A stretch of 64,000 bases of DNA. Origin: Azolla caroliniana. Taxonomy: Eukaryota > Plantae > Polypodiophyta. The first letter of the stretch is position 1. Every line of letters begins with the position of its first letter. The stretch spans positions 4,836,001 to 4,900,000 of the forward strand of contig JBHGNT010000018.1 in the NCBI GenBank assembly GCA_043228905.1. The letters run 5' to 3'. Of this stretch, positions 37,929 through 51,185 are shown in pieces. A program made the translations under genes and the position numbers. Under the pieces are notes generated by a model that saw only the letters and a program-made list of their open reading frames with translations, was not told the DNA's origin and did not search any database.

Positions 37929-38423
37929 AGATAGATGGATAGATAGATTTATAGATTATATTATCATCATCGGAGGTCAAATATGACCTATGAAACAAAA
38001 AATATTACATTTCACATGATACATGTGAAAGTGAGTAACGTCTCTCAATGTTCAAGAACTTTTCCAATGAATGTTGCAATTGTGGTTGAAGATGTGTGGA
38101 AAGCATGATCGAATATGGTCAAAGGCAGATCATTGTATCAAAGTTTGATACTCAGACTCTCAAACTTGTTTAGGGCAAAGTGTGTATAGTCCACCACTCT
38201 CATCACTTGTGCCCCAACGCCTTGTCTCACATCGCAATGCATGTGTGATAAGCCGCACAGAAGCAATGGTTTGAATGGCAAACAACGGGACATGTTCTAA
38301 CATGTATCGATATGTATGGTTTCCTCGTTCTGTGAAGAATATGGTTTTGTAGTTAGGTGCAACATGTGCAGTATAATGTGTGCATCGTGAACCACCACAT
38401 TTGTCTCATGTCATGATACATTG
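37929..38423 (-). mobile_element. LINE family 1, 3' end with (ATCT)n-like tail, interrupted by copia B
   Basis: Reverse complement of 2185-2550 + 10772-10890. Confidence 0.85.
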
Positions 38424-39167
38424 TGTTGAGAATCAAACTCAACTTCCTTAGTGTGGGAACACACCTTTGGAATACCCAAGTGTGAACATTCCACCTCCTT
38501 CTATCATAAACTAAGTGTCATAAAAGTTACGTCCTATGACACATATTTAGTAGCTAGGTAAGTCTCCACCTCTTTTCCAAGTGGTGGTTGTAGTGAGAGA
38601 ACATAGATAGAAGGTGACGACATAAGCACCTTCTCATCCTATTGGTAACTGTTGGTTGTTTTATTTTCTTGTTACTGTAGTTTTTACTATTTTCTTTGTA
38701 TACTCCATGTTTTTTCTCCCGCTCCCTCTCTCTCACACACACATGCATACACCTTCTGCTACACAGAATCACACCCGATTCTTTACATGGTATCGGAGTG
38801 CTTGGTAGCCTGATCCAAGCCCATCTGCATGTGTTGTGTCTAAGCCCACATTCACAAAGAACCGACTGACAATTGTAGCAACAACCTGCTAAATTCTTAT
38901 CGCAGAGAAGAAGAAGAAAACTTGCAACAAACAAATCAGTTATCATGAATACTTAGATGGGAAGCGCTCTTCCTACCGAGAAACTCGACAAAAACAACTT
39001 CACATCTTGGGAGTACAAGATGCACCAATACCTTGTCGGGCAAGGCTATTGAGGTTACATTGAAGGAGCTCAGGAAAATCAATCCAACCCAACACACGGT
39101 GATTACCCAACATGGGAGCAAGCGGAAAATTGTGTGTTGTATTGCTTAGCAGCATGTGTTCATTATT
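38424..39167 (+). mobile_element. Ty1/copia element B, 5' part (LTR 38424-38787, PBS, start of gag)
   Basis: TGTTGAGAATC...TTCTTTACA, then TGGTATCGGAG and gag EKLDKNNFTSWEYKM. Only ~10 bp of gag resume after 49190. Confidence 0.88.
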
Positions 39168-40434
39168 TGTTGAGAATCAAGCTCAGCCTAATGCAACGTG
39201 TGAACACACCCTTTGAGAATCTATGATCACTCAAAGGTCAAGAGTCACACCACTACTCTCTACACATTAACTATGTGTCATAGAATCATATTCTATGACA
39301 CATAACTAATGAGTTCTATATTCCCCATGACTATGAGTCTTCACGTACCCCAAGACAGAGTAGTTGTTGTAGTGAGTTAATGAAGAGAGAGGGTGACCTT
39401 ATATAAATCATCCTCCTCCTACTTCATACTAAGTCGGTTGTGACTCCTTGTAATGCTACATTTTGTAATTCATATTCTCCTTGTGAATATACATCTTCTT
39501 CTTCTTGAGTATTCTATTTTCCATTCTATCTAATCTATCTTGTGTTTTCTCTTCTCTCATCTCTTTCCTCTCACACATACACATAACACACATCTCTTCC
39601 TCTACACAAGAATCATATCCGATTCTTTACATGGTATCAGAGCGGTTTGGTAGCTCGATCTAGCCCATCCGCGTGTGTTGTGTTCTACGCCAACGTTCAA
39701 GAAGAACCGGCTCATCGATATCGTAATGCGACTACATAGCTCGTGTTCGAGAGAGAAGGAAAAGAAGAAAGAAAGCTTATTGACAATGAATGCTCAAATG
39801 AGGAGTGCTCTCCCTAGCGAGAAGTTGAACCAAAACAACTTTGCATCTTGGGAGTACAAGATGCACCAATACCTTGTCGGTCAAGGATAGTGGAGCTACA
39901 TCAAAGGAGCACAAGAAAATCGACCTGACCCGAAAGATGCCGACTACTCAACATGGGTGCAAGCGGCAAGCCGAGTGATGTATTGCTTGGAGACATGTGT
40001 TCATGATCACATGCTTGGCTACATTCGAGAAGCCGAAGGAAGCATGGGAGAATCTCAAGAAGATATTCGCCGCCAACACGACGACATGAAAGCTTCAACT
40101 ATGCCAAGAGTTGAACAAAATCCAACAAAGGGATATGTCCATGAGAAGCTACACCTTGAAGATCAAGGAGCTTTGTAACTCTCTCGGCTCAATAAGTGTT
40201 AATGTGGATGATGATGAGATGGTGCAAATATGCCTTGACGGCCTTGCACCACGGTTCAGCGCGATGAGGACCGCTGTACTAGCACGGGAGAATCATCCCT
40301 CTTTCTTCAATCTTCGATCCATGTTGTTGGTTGAAGAAAACCATGTTTGGACAAGGAGCAACGCCTCGGAAGGCCACATGCTCTACACGCATTCGAACGG
40401 AGGAAGAGGATGTGGCCAAGCAAGAGGACGATTC

Positions 40435-43400
40435 TGTTGGAAGCAATGTCGTCAGTGCGGAAGATCTTGAAGCACTCGATTCCTGTTTATTCCCTGTGTA
40501 TGACAGAATGTAGGTCGTTGCACAGAGAGAGAGAGAGAGAGACACAAAAGACTCTTTATTTCACAAAGCAATAATACAACAACCAACCTCACAAAGAGGT
40601 TACAAGGTCACTATATATAGTGACCGACTTAGGGCAACTACCCTTTATGCTAATTACATAAATGGCCAAAACGGGATGGTGTGAATACGTCCATTATACA
40701 CATGTATTCGACACTCCCCCGTAATGGGCGTATACATGGGTTATCTAAGATTACAGGTATAGACTTAGGTTCTCGGACATATCAGCTTTGTTCGAGTCGG
40801 CAGGATCCGAAGACAGAAGACCGAACTGGTCGGGTCGGAACAGTTGAAGCCGATCATTAAGGAGCTGATGTCGGTTGTCGGGAACCATCCTGCTCTGTGT
40901 CCGGCTCTAACCGGACTGGTTTGTCGTTACGCCCATCTGATGCCGAAGAGACCGAAAACGGTCTGCCGAGAGACATTTGGTCATTCCATCTGCGACATTA
41001 TCGGTTGTGGATATTTTCTCTAGACCGATTTTCCCTGAAATGACGCAGTCCCGAACGAAGTGATATCGAACGTCGATATGTTTGGAGGCGTTGTGGTGAA
41101 CCGGATTTTTCGACAAGGCAACAGCACCTTGACTGTCGCTGTAGACAACTGGAGCCGAGTCATGTTCGACTTGTCGAAACGTGTGCGCCAGCCGACCGAG
41201 CCACAAAGCTTCTTTTGCTGCGTCGGACGCAGCTACATATTCTGCTTCGGTCGTTGAGGTCGCTGTGCACTCCTGAAGTTTCGACTTCCACGAGATTGCT
41301 CCATTGCCGAATTTGAAGCAGTATCCGGTTGTTGATTTCCGACTGTCTATACAGCCGGCGAAGTCCGAGTCGGTGTAACCGACTACGCCTGAGGTTCGGT
41401 TCGGTCCGAAAAGAATGCCATGGTCTTTTGTGCCAGCCAGATATCTGAACACATGCTTGACTGCGTTCCAATGCGATCGGCCAGGATTGTGCATAAATCT
41501 GCTAACGACTCCTACGGCATGAGAGATGTCAGGCCGTGTCGCGACCATCAGGTACATAAGGGAGCCGACTGCCGGTGCATACGGTACCGACTTCATATCT
41601 TCCCCCTCCGAACCGGATGTCGGGCAGTCTCGCTGAGAGAGCCGAAGATTCATAGGGAGTGGGGTTGAAGCAGATTTGGCTGATTGCATGTTGAAGCGTT
41701 CCAAGACACGTCCGATATAGTCGGTCTGAGACAAAAAAAGATGTCGTTTATTGCGATGCCGACTAATCTTCATGCCAAGGATGTGTCGTGCCGGACCGAG
41801 GTCCTTCATGGCAAACTTCAACCGCAGTTGCCGAACGAGATCGGCAAGTTCGCCCGCGTGGCGTCCAGAAATTAGCATGTCGTCCACGTAAATGATGAGG
41901 AAGATGGGTGATCCATCTCGAGCTGTGTTGGTGAAGAGACAATGGTCCTCATCGCTTTTGGAGAAGCCGATTGATTGGATGAAGTCGTCGAACTTCTTGT
42001 ACCATTGTCGCGGTGCCTGTTTGAGGCCGTATAGACTCTTCCTGAGTCGGCAGACTAGATGTTCTTGGCCAGTTGCCACGAAGCCTTTTGGCTGCTCCAT
42101 ATAAATTTCCTCCTCGAGATCACCATGGAGGAAGGCTGTTTTGACATCTAGCTAAATCAGCTCCAAGTTGTCGGCTGCCACGACGCCGAGCAGAAGACGA
42201 AGGGTTGTCATTTTCACCACTGGTGAAAAAATCTCGTCGAAGTCGACGCCATATTCTTGTCGGAAGCCCTTCGCAACTAATCTGGCCTTGTACTTTGGGG
42301 TGGTCGAATCAGACGTCTCTTTTAGTCGATAAACCCACTTGCAAGGAAGAGCACGTCGGTTCCTAGGTAATTCGACCAGATCCCAAGTCTTGTTTGCCCG
42401 GATGGAGTGCATTTCCGACTCCATCGCCAGATGCCAGGTGGCCGAATCGACAGATGTCGATGCTTCTTCGTAAGACGTCGGTTCGCCGGCGTCGGTGAAG
42501 AAAATTCCAGGAGAATACCTCTCCGGAGGTTGCGACAGTCTCTCGGATCGTCGAGGTATGATTGGACTGGTCGCATCGGGTATCGAGGTCGGATGGTCCG
42601 AAAGCTGCTGTGCCGAGTCAGAGTTGTCCGAATCGGTAGTGTAAGGTTCAGCTACCCGTGAAGCTGACCGTGTGTTAAGAGCGGGGCCTTCTTGAAGGGT
42701 CGGCACATCGGAAAATGTGACCCTTCGGACTTCGATCGGTGTTTTGACTGATGGATTCATAGCCGACTCGTTGAACACAACGTCCGAACTTCGGACGATT
42801 TGTCTGCGTTCGGCATCCCAGAGTCGGTATCCCATTTCACCGTCGGATCCATATCCAAGGAAAATGCATTTCCTGGACCGAGGTGCAAGTTTTCGGCGAT
42901 CATCTTTCGGAATAAGGGCGTACGCCTCGCATCCGAAGATCCTCAGCTTGTCGTAATTCGGCTTACTGCCGATCCATAGTTCCTGAGGAATTTGAAGTCC
43001 TAGAGGTCTGCTTGGCGACATATTGATTATGTGTACTGCCGTGAGTAGAGCCTCTGCCCAGAAGCCATCTGACAGTCCGGAGTGTTGGAGCATGGAAACT
43101 ATCCGTTCTTGGATTGTCCGATTCATGCGTTCGGCAATCCCGTTTTTCTCCGGACTGTGTGGTGCCGTAAATTCACGTCGGATGCCGCGTTGTCGGCAGA
43201 ATTTGACGAATTCTTCTGATTTGAACTCTCCCCCATTGTCGGTCCGAAAGCATTTCAGTTTTCGGTCGGTTTGATTTTCTACCATAGCGAGCCAATCGGA
43301 GAAGATCGAGAAGACACGATCTTTGGTGCGAATTGGATAAGCCCACACCTTTCGAGTCGAATCGTCAATAAAACTGACGAAGTAAGAGGCACCGCCGAGA

Positions 43401-45742
43401 GACTGATGCGGCATTGGGCCACAGACGTCCGAGTGGACCAAATCGAGAGGTCTCGTTTCTCTTGGTGCTGATGTCGGGTGTGATGCGGCTGCTTGTTTGC
43501 CATACTGGCAATGCTCGCAGAATTGATGGTCGGAGAAGGAGAGTTTAGGGATGTATCCGGCTCTAGATAGATGCGTAATGCCGGCCTTGCTGAGGTGTCC
43601 TAATCTTCTGTGCCATAGTGATGACACAGGAATATCCACCAAAAACAGGTTACCCTCTCTGAGCGTAACATGTAACGGATACAGCGAGTGTATCTTGGGT
43701 CCTCTAGCAAGCAGGAGGTTCCCCCTGTGGAGTGTCCACCCTCCCGAAGAAAAACCGGCACGAATGCCGTCTTCATCTAGTTGTCCGACTGAGATCAATG
43801 GCCTTGAGAGCTCAGGTACATGTCGGACATTGTGAAGTACAAGTGTAGAGCCACCTGCAAGGTTGAGCTCTACTGTGCCGATTCCAATGATGTCACAGTG
43901 TTGCGAGTTACCGACTCGAACTGAGTCGGAGTGACGGATCGTATATTGCCAAAATTGGGATCGATGAGGAGTCACGTGAAATGACGCGCCCGAATCTAAG
44001 AGCCATGTGCTCGATTCTTCAGTCGTGAGCAGAACTTCTGATCCGACTGGATTTTCGATTGATAGTATATTCGGGTCGTTTGGTAGCACATCAGCTGAGA
44101 AGCTGACGTAATTGATCTCCTCATGCCGGCCACTCTTCTTGTCTGATCTCTGAGACTTGTCGTTCTTGTTCTTGAGTGCGCGGCAGTCGGCTTTGATGTG
44201 TCCGGGTTTCTTGCAATAGTTGCAGATTCGATTATCCCGTGACTGGCTCCGTCTTCGCTGATTGTTCGGCGGCCGTGAGGAATCTCTTCCTCGTATGTTC
44301 GATCGGTCTGTCGAACCTTGTACTACGTAAGCGTCGTCTGTTGAGTCTTTGGCGAAAGACTTTCTCCGAGCTGCTTCGGTCAGGATTGCGCTCGTGACTT
44401 CGGAGTATTTAACAGCCGTGGTTGACGCATTGCACACGGTTGTGACGAAAGTTTCCCATGATGAGGGAAGGCTGCTCATGAGTATCATTGCTCTGAGTTC
44501 ATCCTCGATTGCCGTCCCCTGTGACGAGATTTGGGAGCTTATGCTTTCGTACTCATTGAGGTGTGCTTGAACCGAATCGGATTCTTTCATCCGCAAGTTG
44601 TAGAGGCGCCGGATCAGAAACATCTTCGTTGCAGCGACCTTCTTTTCGTAGGTGTCCGACAGTGTTTTCCACAGTTCGAATGCTGTCGTACACGATTGCA
44701 CCGTAAAGTATACCGATTCCGATAGGTGCATCCGAATCGTGGCGCGGACGATTCTGTCCAGCTTCTGCCACTCAATTGGTTTGTATCCTTCTGGAGGTTC
44801 TTCATTTTCGATGGGATCGATTTGCCCCTTGACTATGAGATAGTCCTGCATTTGCTCCTTCCAGAAGTTGAAGTTCGATCCATCGAACTTTCGTAGACTC
44901 ATTTCTGACGAGCCGGATGTTGATGCCATCAAATTTGGTTTCGGTTGACGAAGCTCGGTTCGGAGTTGACTACGAACCTTGTTGGAGTGCAGCCGGTTGG
45001 CTCACCCGATATCGTTCTAGTCGGATTTGAACCCGAGTCGGTTCGGCTTCGGATATATGTATTGTTGAACTTGCTCGAATTGACTCCGGTAACTTGAGGG
45101 ACAGAACCGACTGGTCTTCCCGAATGTTGCCGAGTCGGAGTGAGCCCGGTTCGCTTCCGAATATATATGCCAAATACCGATTATTGAATCCGATTGTTTG
45201 GACCGATTCTGCTTCGGGTGACTGCAGCGACGAGAGAGACGGATCCAACTGATCCTCTCGAATGTCGATCAGCCGGATGAAGCACGAATTGGGGTTGTTG
45301 TCTTGAGACCGATCTGCACCGAGTGGTTACAATGAGCGGCGAGCAGCGTTTGATGACCTCTTCGGATGCCGTTTAACCGAGTGGAGCACGATCGTGTCAA
45401 TGTTGCACAAGGGGATTTCACCTCGAGCGGTTACGATCACAAGAAACAGAGTACAACCAGCTGGCTTACTCCAAGCGAAGATGATCTAACGCGATGAGAT
45501 GCAAGCCTCGTTTTTTTTTTTTTCTTCTTCTTCTCTCTTCTTTGAATGACGCAGGAAACCGAATGCTGTGCAGGCTGAGACGACGTCCGACAGCGGATTG
45601 AAGGACCGAATACTGTGCAGGCTCTGATACCAGATGTTGGAGACAAGGTCGTCAATGCGGAAGATCAAGAAGCATTCGATTCTGTTCTGTACCTGCGTAT
45701 GACAGTTTCTAGGTCGTTGCACAGAGATAGAGAGAGAGAGAT

Positions 45743-45773
<31 letters not shown>

Positions 45774-45973
45774 CACACACACACACACAAAATGACTCTT
45801 TCTATTCCATAAAGCAATAATACAACCCCCAACCTTACAAAAAGGTTACAAGGTCACTATATATAGTGACCGACTTAGGGCAACTACCCTTTATGCTAAT
45901 TACACAAATGGCTCAAACTTGATCTATACAAAGGGATAGTGTGAATACGTCCATTATACACTTGTATTCGACA
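40435..45973 (-). mobile_element. Young Ty1/copia element C (Tnt1/Tork-like), mismatched LTRs, no TSD
   Basis: 5' LTR 45635-45973; PBS at 45621-45632; PPT at 40714-40721; 3' LTR 40435-40713. Confidence 0.96.
40907..44932 (-). pseudogene. copia C gag-pol, intact except for one nonsense codon at 42152-42154
   Basis: 926-aa + 397-aa ORFs in the same frame: CNYCKKPGHIKADC, WLLDSGAS, HSDVCGP, RTDNGGE, YVDDML, YTDSDFAG. The sibling copy has CAG where this copy has TAG. Confidence 0.95.
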
Positions 45974-48900
45974 TGGGGACCAACTCAAACGGCTACATTT
46001 GGCGGATGCCGATACTACATGGCCTCATTGACAACTTCCCCAGACACACCTGGATCTACCCCATGTGGCAAAAGAGCGAAGTGTTCAGACACTTCCAAAG
46101 TTTTATGAATGAAGTCGAGAAAGCCACGGGCCGACATGTATGATGTCTTCGGTCGGATGGAGGAAAGGAGTACTTCTCCAACGAATTTTCGGCTTTTCTT
46201 CGGAAAGAAGAAATTCAGCGAGAGTTTTCGTGTCGACATACACCACAACAGAACGGAGTAGCTGAACGAAAGAATCGGCACATCCTCGAAGTAGCACGGG
46301 CCATGCTTAACGAGAAGCACATGCCGAAGTCGTACTGGGCAGAAGCCGCTAACACAACTGTCTACCTAATGAACCGGTGTGCACAAGGTTACCCGGCATG
46401 AGAAGTTTTTCGGAAAGAAGCCGGATCTACCACATGTTCAGATATATCGGCTCCATTGCATACGTGCACATCCCCAACGAGAAGCGATAAAAGCTCAACC
46501 CGAAGTCGGAGAAACGTATCCTACTAGGATACTCATTGGAACAAAAGGGGTACAAGTGTTATAACCCCTCAACTCGGAAGGTTCGTGTGAGTCGAGATGT
46601 AGTCTTCAACGAATTGGCATCATGGTATGAACCCAAGCCGACTCCTCCCGAATCATTTCTAGTCGACCTAGAATCCGTTGAACAAGAGGTAGAAGATGGA
46701 GATCGACTTGAACACATGTTCGAAGGAAGCCCGATTACGACAAGGCTTAGTGGGCCACAAGAGGCTCCGAGCGATCAAAGAATATCTCGGCTGAGTCCGA
46801 AGCTTGACAAAGGGAAGGCCAAAATGCTGGAATACGAAGATTAGATCGAAATCGAGTCGACTCACTCCCTCGATAGTGAGTTCGAAGGCCTCGACATCCA
46901 GACAAATGGAGCAAAGAAAGTCTTACTATCCGCAAACGAGAAGCTCTGCCGATCCGCCCAAGAAAAGAATTCGGTAACCTGATTCAACTATGAAGAGTAT
47001 ATGACGTACCATTATGCTTTTATGATGAAAGTAGCGACTGTACGAGAGCCAGAACAGTTTTCCGAAGGCGTGAAGGATCCCAGATGGGTTGAAGCGATGG
47101 ATGAGGAGATGCAAGCACTCTCCAAAAATGAGACATGGGATCTCGTCCCTTCTTCACCTCACCAAAAGGCGATCGGTTGTCGATGGATATTCAAAGTCAA
47201 ATATAATGCCGATGGTTCTGCCAACTGCTACAAAGCTCGACTCGTAGTGAAAGGATACACACAAACACATGGAGTCAACTATGAAGAGACATTTGCCCCG
47301 ATGGCAAAGATGATGACTGTGCGAACCACAATTGCACCTACATCGGCGAAAGGTGGTACCTCCATCAAATGGACGTAAAGAATGCCTTTCCTCAAGGCGA
47401 ATTAGAAGAAGAGGTGTACATGGTACAACCACCCGGCTTCGAATTGAGCATCCATTCGAAAGTAGTCTGCCGACTGAAGAAGCCACTCTATGACCTCAAG
47501 CAAGTACCGTGTGCTTGGCATTCGAAGATAACACAATATCTTCATTGAATCGGCTTTCGAATGTTGAAATCCGACAACTCCCTCTACATACAAAATGACT
47601 CAGGATGCTTGATTGTCATCATCCTATACGTGGATGATCTGGTTATTCGAGGTGAGCATTTAGTTGACATCAACAAGGTGAAGTCCCTCCTCTCCAACAA
47701 ATTCGAGATGATGGACATGAAGGAACTCCATTACTTCCTTAGAATCGAAGTTATTCGGGTTCCGACTAGCATTATGATCTCTCAACAACACTACATCCTC
47801 AACTTGCTATACAAGTTCGGGATGACTGAGTGTAAATCTGTGACAACCCCTCTCGATCGAAACCTCAAACTCGTGCCGACTTCGGCATGGAAGCGTGCGA
47901 TCCGACTCAATATCAACAACTAATCGGGAGTCTCATCTATCTCACGATCACTCGACCCGACCTCAGCTATCCGGTCATCCTCCTTAGCCAATTCATGCAA
48001 ACTCCGCGAGATATTCATTTCGATTGTGGTAAGCGAGTATTATGATACATGAGTGACACAATGGATTGTGGTATTCTCTACGAATCGGCCACACCAATTT
48101 GACTCGAAGGATACACAGATGCCGACTGGGCCGACTATAGAGCCGATCGACGATCGACCTCCGGATTTGTCTTCTCGCTCGGCAGCGGAGCAATATCTTG
48201 GAGTAGTAAGAAGCAGCCTACCGTCACACTTTCAAGCACAAAGGCCGAATATAGGGGCGCAATTGTAGCTGCATGTGAAGCCGTATGGCTTGACAAGAGG
48301 ATTTTAAAGGATCTGGGCGTTCCCATCAAGGATCCGACTCCCCTCTACTGAGACAACATGAGCAGTATTTATCTGGCTCGGAACCCGGTGTTCCACGCAC
48401 ACACAAAGCATATCGAAGTGCACTATGACTTCATTCGAGAGCGTGTTTAGGCCGGAGATTTTGACCTTCAATACATCAACACAAATCTTCAAACGACCGA
48501 CATCTTCACCAAAGCCCTAGGAGCCGACAAGCTTCGACAATTCATGTCAGACCTTGGATTGACGATTCGTGACTTGCCATGCTTGAGGGGAGTACAAGCG
48601 AGAAACGGATAATGTCTGAACCAGGTATGAGCCAAAGCACACACCGGAGATTGTCCGAACCGGATACTAGTCAAAGCGGACATCAACCGAAAGGAACCGA
48701 CCCGAGTTGAGGTTGAGGGGGCGTGTCGAAAATCAAGCTCAAACTAGTGCAATGTGTGAACACACCCTTTGAGAATCTATGATCACTCAAAGGGTCAAGA
48801 GTCACACCACTACTCTCTACACATTATCTATGTGTCATAGAATCATATTCTATGACACATAATTAATGAGTTGTATATTCCCCATGACTATGAGTCTTCA

Positions 48901-49199
48901 CATTCCCCAAGACAAAGTAGTTGTTGTAGTGAGTTAATGAAGAGAGAGGGTGACCTTATATAAAGCACCCTTCTCCTACTTCATACTAAGTCGGTTGGGA
49001 CTCCTTGTAATGCTACATTTTGTAATTCATATTCTCCTTGTGAATATACATCTTCTTCTTCTTCTTGAGTATTCTGTTTTCCATTCTATCTAATCTATCT
49101 CGTGTTTTTGCTTCTCTCATCTCTTTCGTCTCACACATAACACACATCTCTTCCACTACACAAGAATCATATCCTATTCTTTACATGATCATATGCTCG

Positions 49200-49976
49200 T
49201 CCCCTTTAGATTTCCCCAAAATTTAGCACATGCATGTGCTTTCTTTTGTGTTTGGAGAAATTGTTGAGTAACTTCCCATATTCTTCTCTTTCGTTGAATA
49301 AGCCTTTTATACTCTTGCAAATGCTTTTGGTAATTTTCTTTATCCTTAACTACATCCTAAACGATAAGGCACTTTCGAGCTTCATGACATTCTTTATCAA
49401 ACCATTTTTTCCTAAATTTCTTGGTGCATTTCCAAGATGTGTGGTTGGTCGAAAAACATTTGTTTGTACAAGAGAGAATGACTTTCTTAAAAGCTTCCCA
49501 TTTGCATTGTAGTGTGGCACCATATTGTATCTTTGTCATTTGTAACATATCCTCAACCATCTTAGAATACTGGGCGCTCACTTAAGGTTCATTCTCAAGT
49601 GCGGTTATTTATTATCTTCAATGGCCTTCTCACAATCAAACCTATGCATACATTTGAGAACAATACATAAAAGCCCTATGATCAGATTTCGGTGTCCATT
49701 CACCAAGTGAGAATTGATGTATACGATCCAAAATTCCTTCGGAAAGTAGCATATAGACAATCACACTATTTCCGTTGATATGTTTTCTACATGTAAAACC
49801 AATAGTGTTGGGCCATAAGGAAACACCATTTGCAATAAGCAATCCGGTGCTATTGCACATTTGTAGGAGTAACTTCCCAAATTGGTCCAGATCTTTTTCA
49901 TTGCTAGAAGAGCGACTATACATTTGTATATCCTCTTGCATCCTTGAGATAAGTGCCATAAAAGATTCTTGTGAAT
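49200..49976 (-). mobile_element. LINE fragment with AP-endonuclease C-terminal part (RTE/RTEX-like)
   Basis: GKLLLQMCNSTGLLIANG...FTC...SVIVY...SDHRA; KWFDKECHEARK. Confidence 0.8.
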
Positions 49977-50709
49977 TGTAAAGGAACGGATTAATTCTGT
50001 GTAGTGGAAGAATTGTGTGTGTGGGTGGGAGAGAGAGAGCTCACGACTACAAAAAATCAGAAAATTGTACTTCAAGAAAGCAAGAATAATCAACAACTTT
50101 ACAAAGAGAAGGACTCGAAGGTGCTTATGTAATCACCTTCTCTCTAGATTCTCTTATTAGAAGCGTCTCTTGGGAAAGAGGTTGAGTCTTAACTACCTAA
50201 AGAATATGTGTCATAGAACATTAACTTCTATGACACACTAGTTACTATACAAGGAGGTGGGCTGTTCACACACTTGAGTATCCTAAAGTGTGTTCCCACA
50301 CATGGGAAGTTGAGTTTGATTCTCAACACGCCCCTTCAAACATAACTTCCGATCATGAGATGGTTGGTTCGGACTAGTCTTCGGGTTGACGAGTCGATTT
50401 CGGATGACCGCAATAGTCCTGGTCACTACTCCCCCTCAAGCTCGACTGGTCGACGGTCAAAAGACTCAGGTTCGTCGTGAACTGTCACAACTTGTCGACT
50501 CCCAAGGCCTTGGTGAAGTTGTCGGTCGTCTGTAGGTTTATGCTGATGTGTTGCAGGTTGACATCCCTAGATAGAACACGCACTCGGATGAAGTGATAGT
50601 GCACTTCGATGTGCTTAGTCTGAGCATGGAAGACTGGGTTACGAGCGAGGTGAATATTGCTCATGTTGTCACAATAGAGGAGAATAAGATCCTTGATGGG
50701 AACACCCAA

Positions 50710-51185
50710 TGTTGTCCATGGGCCAAAATTGTAATTCTAAGAAACGTAATAGGATGTAGGTCAAAGTAGGTGAATAACCGTAAGGAACGAAGACAACCAT
50801 AATATGCGCAACCAAGAACGGGAAGAAGCAAAGCACGCTGAAGCAAAGAGGAAGAGAAGAAGGGAACTATAGCCCGTGATTATGGGATTCTGAGGGTCTA
50901 GGCCATACTATTATTTTGCTGTTAATTCCGGCTGTGGGCCGTGTAATTGTATTCATCACATACTCATAATACATATAGTTTTGGGTCTATTTCTTTTGTT
51001 GGTATTATGTGATTGCTATCCCTTATGCAAATGATGTGGTGAAACATTCTCTAGGAAGAGACCTACCTTATGTAACGTATTTGAAATCCTGTTTTCCGGT
51101 ATCACTCTGACCACCACCTATCACATCTCTTGGTCCGAGTTCGGCTAGGAAATCGAAGGTGTCACCTCCGGGAAGGAAGGCAACA
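50710..51185 (+). mobile_element. Solo LTR (probably gypsy; termini like 57767-58205)
   Basis: TGTTGTCC...GGCAACA with TSD cccaa/cccag, interrupting copia RNase H at 'LG|VPIKD'. Confidence 0.85.

Larger units (their letters stand above)
39168..49185 (+). mobile_element. Ty1/copia element (A-related), decayed, nested in the gag of element B
   Basis: LTRs 39168-39631 and 48724-49185; PBS TGGTATCAGAGC at 39632; PPT before 48724; degenerate TSD ttatt/tgatc; gag 39786-40434; IN/RT/RNase H 45974-48590. Confidence 0.92.

Noticed and set aside
42152-42154. Programmed stop-codon readthrough in copia pol
   Set aside because: The sibling copy has CAG here and the stop lies inside RT; a simple C>T nonsense change explains it.
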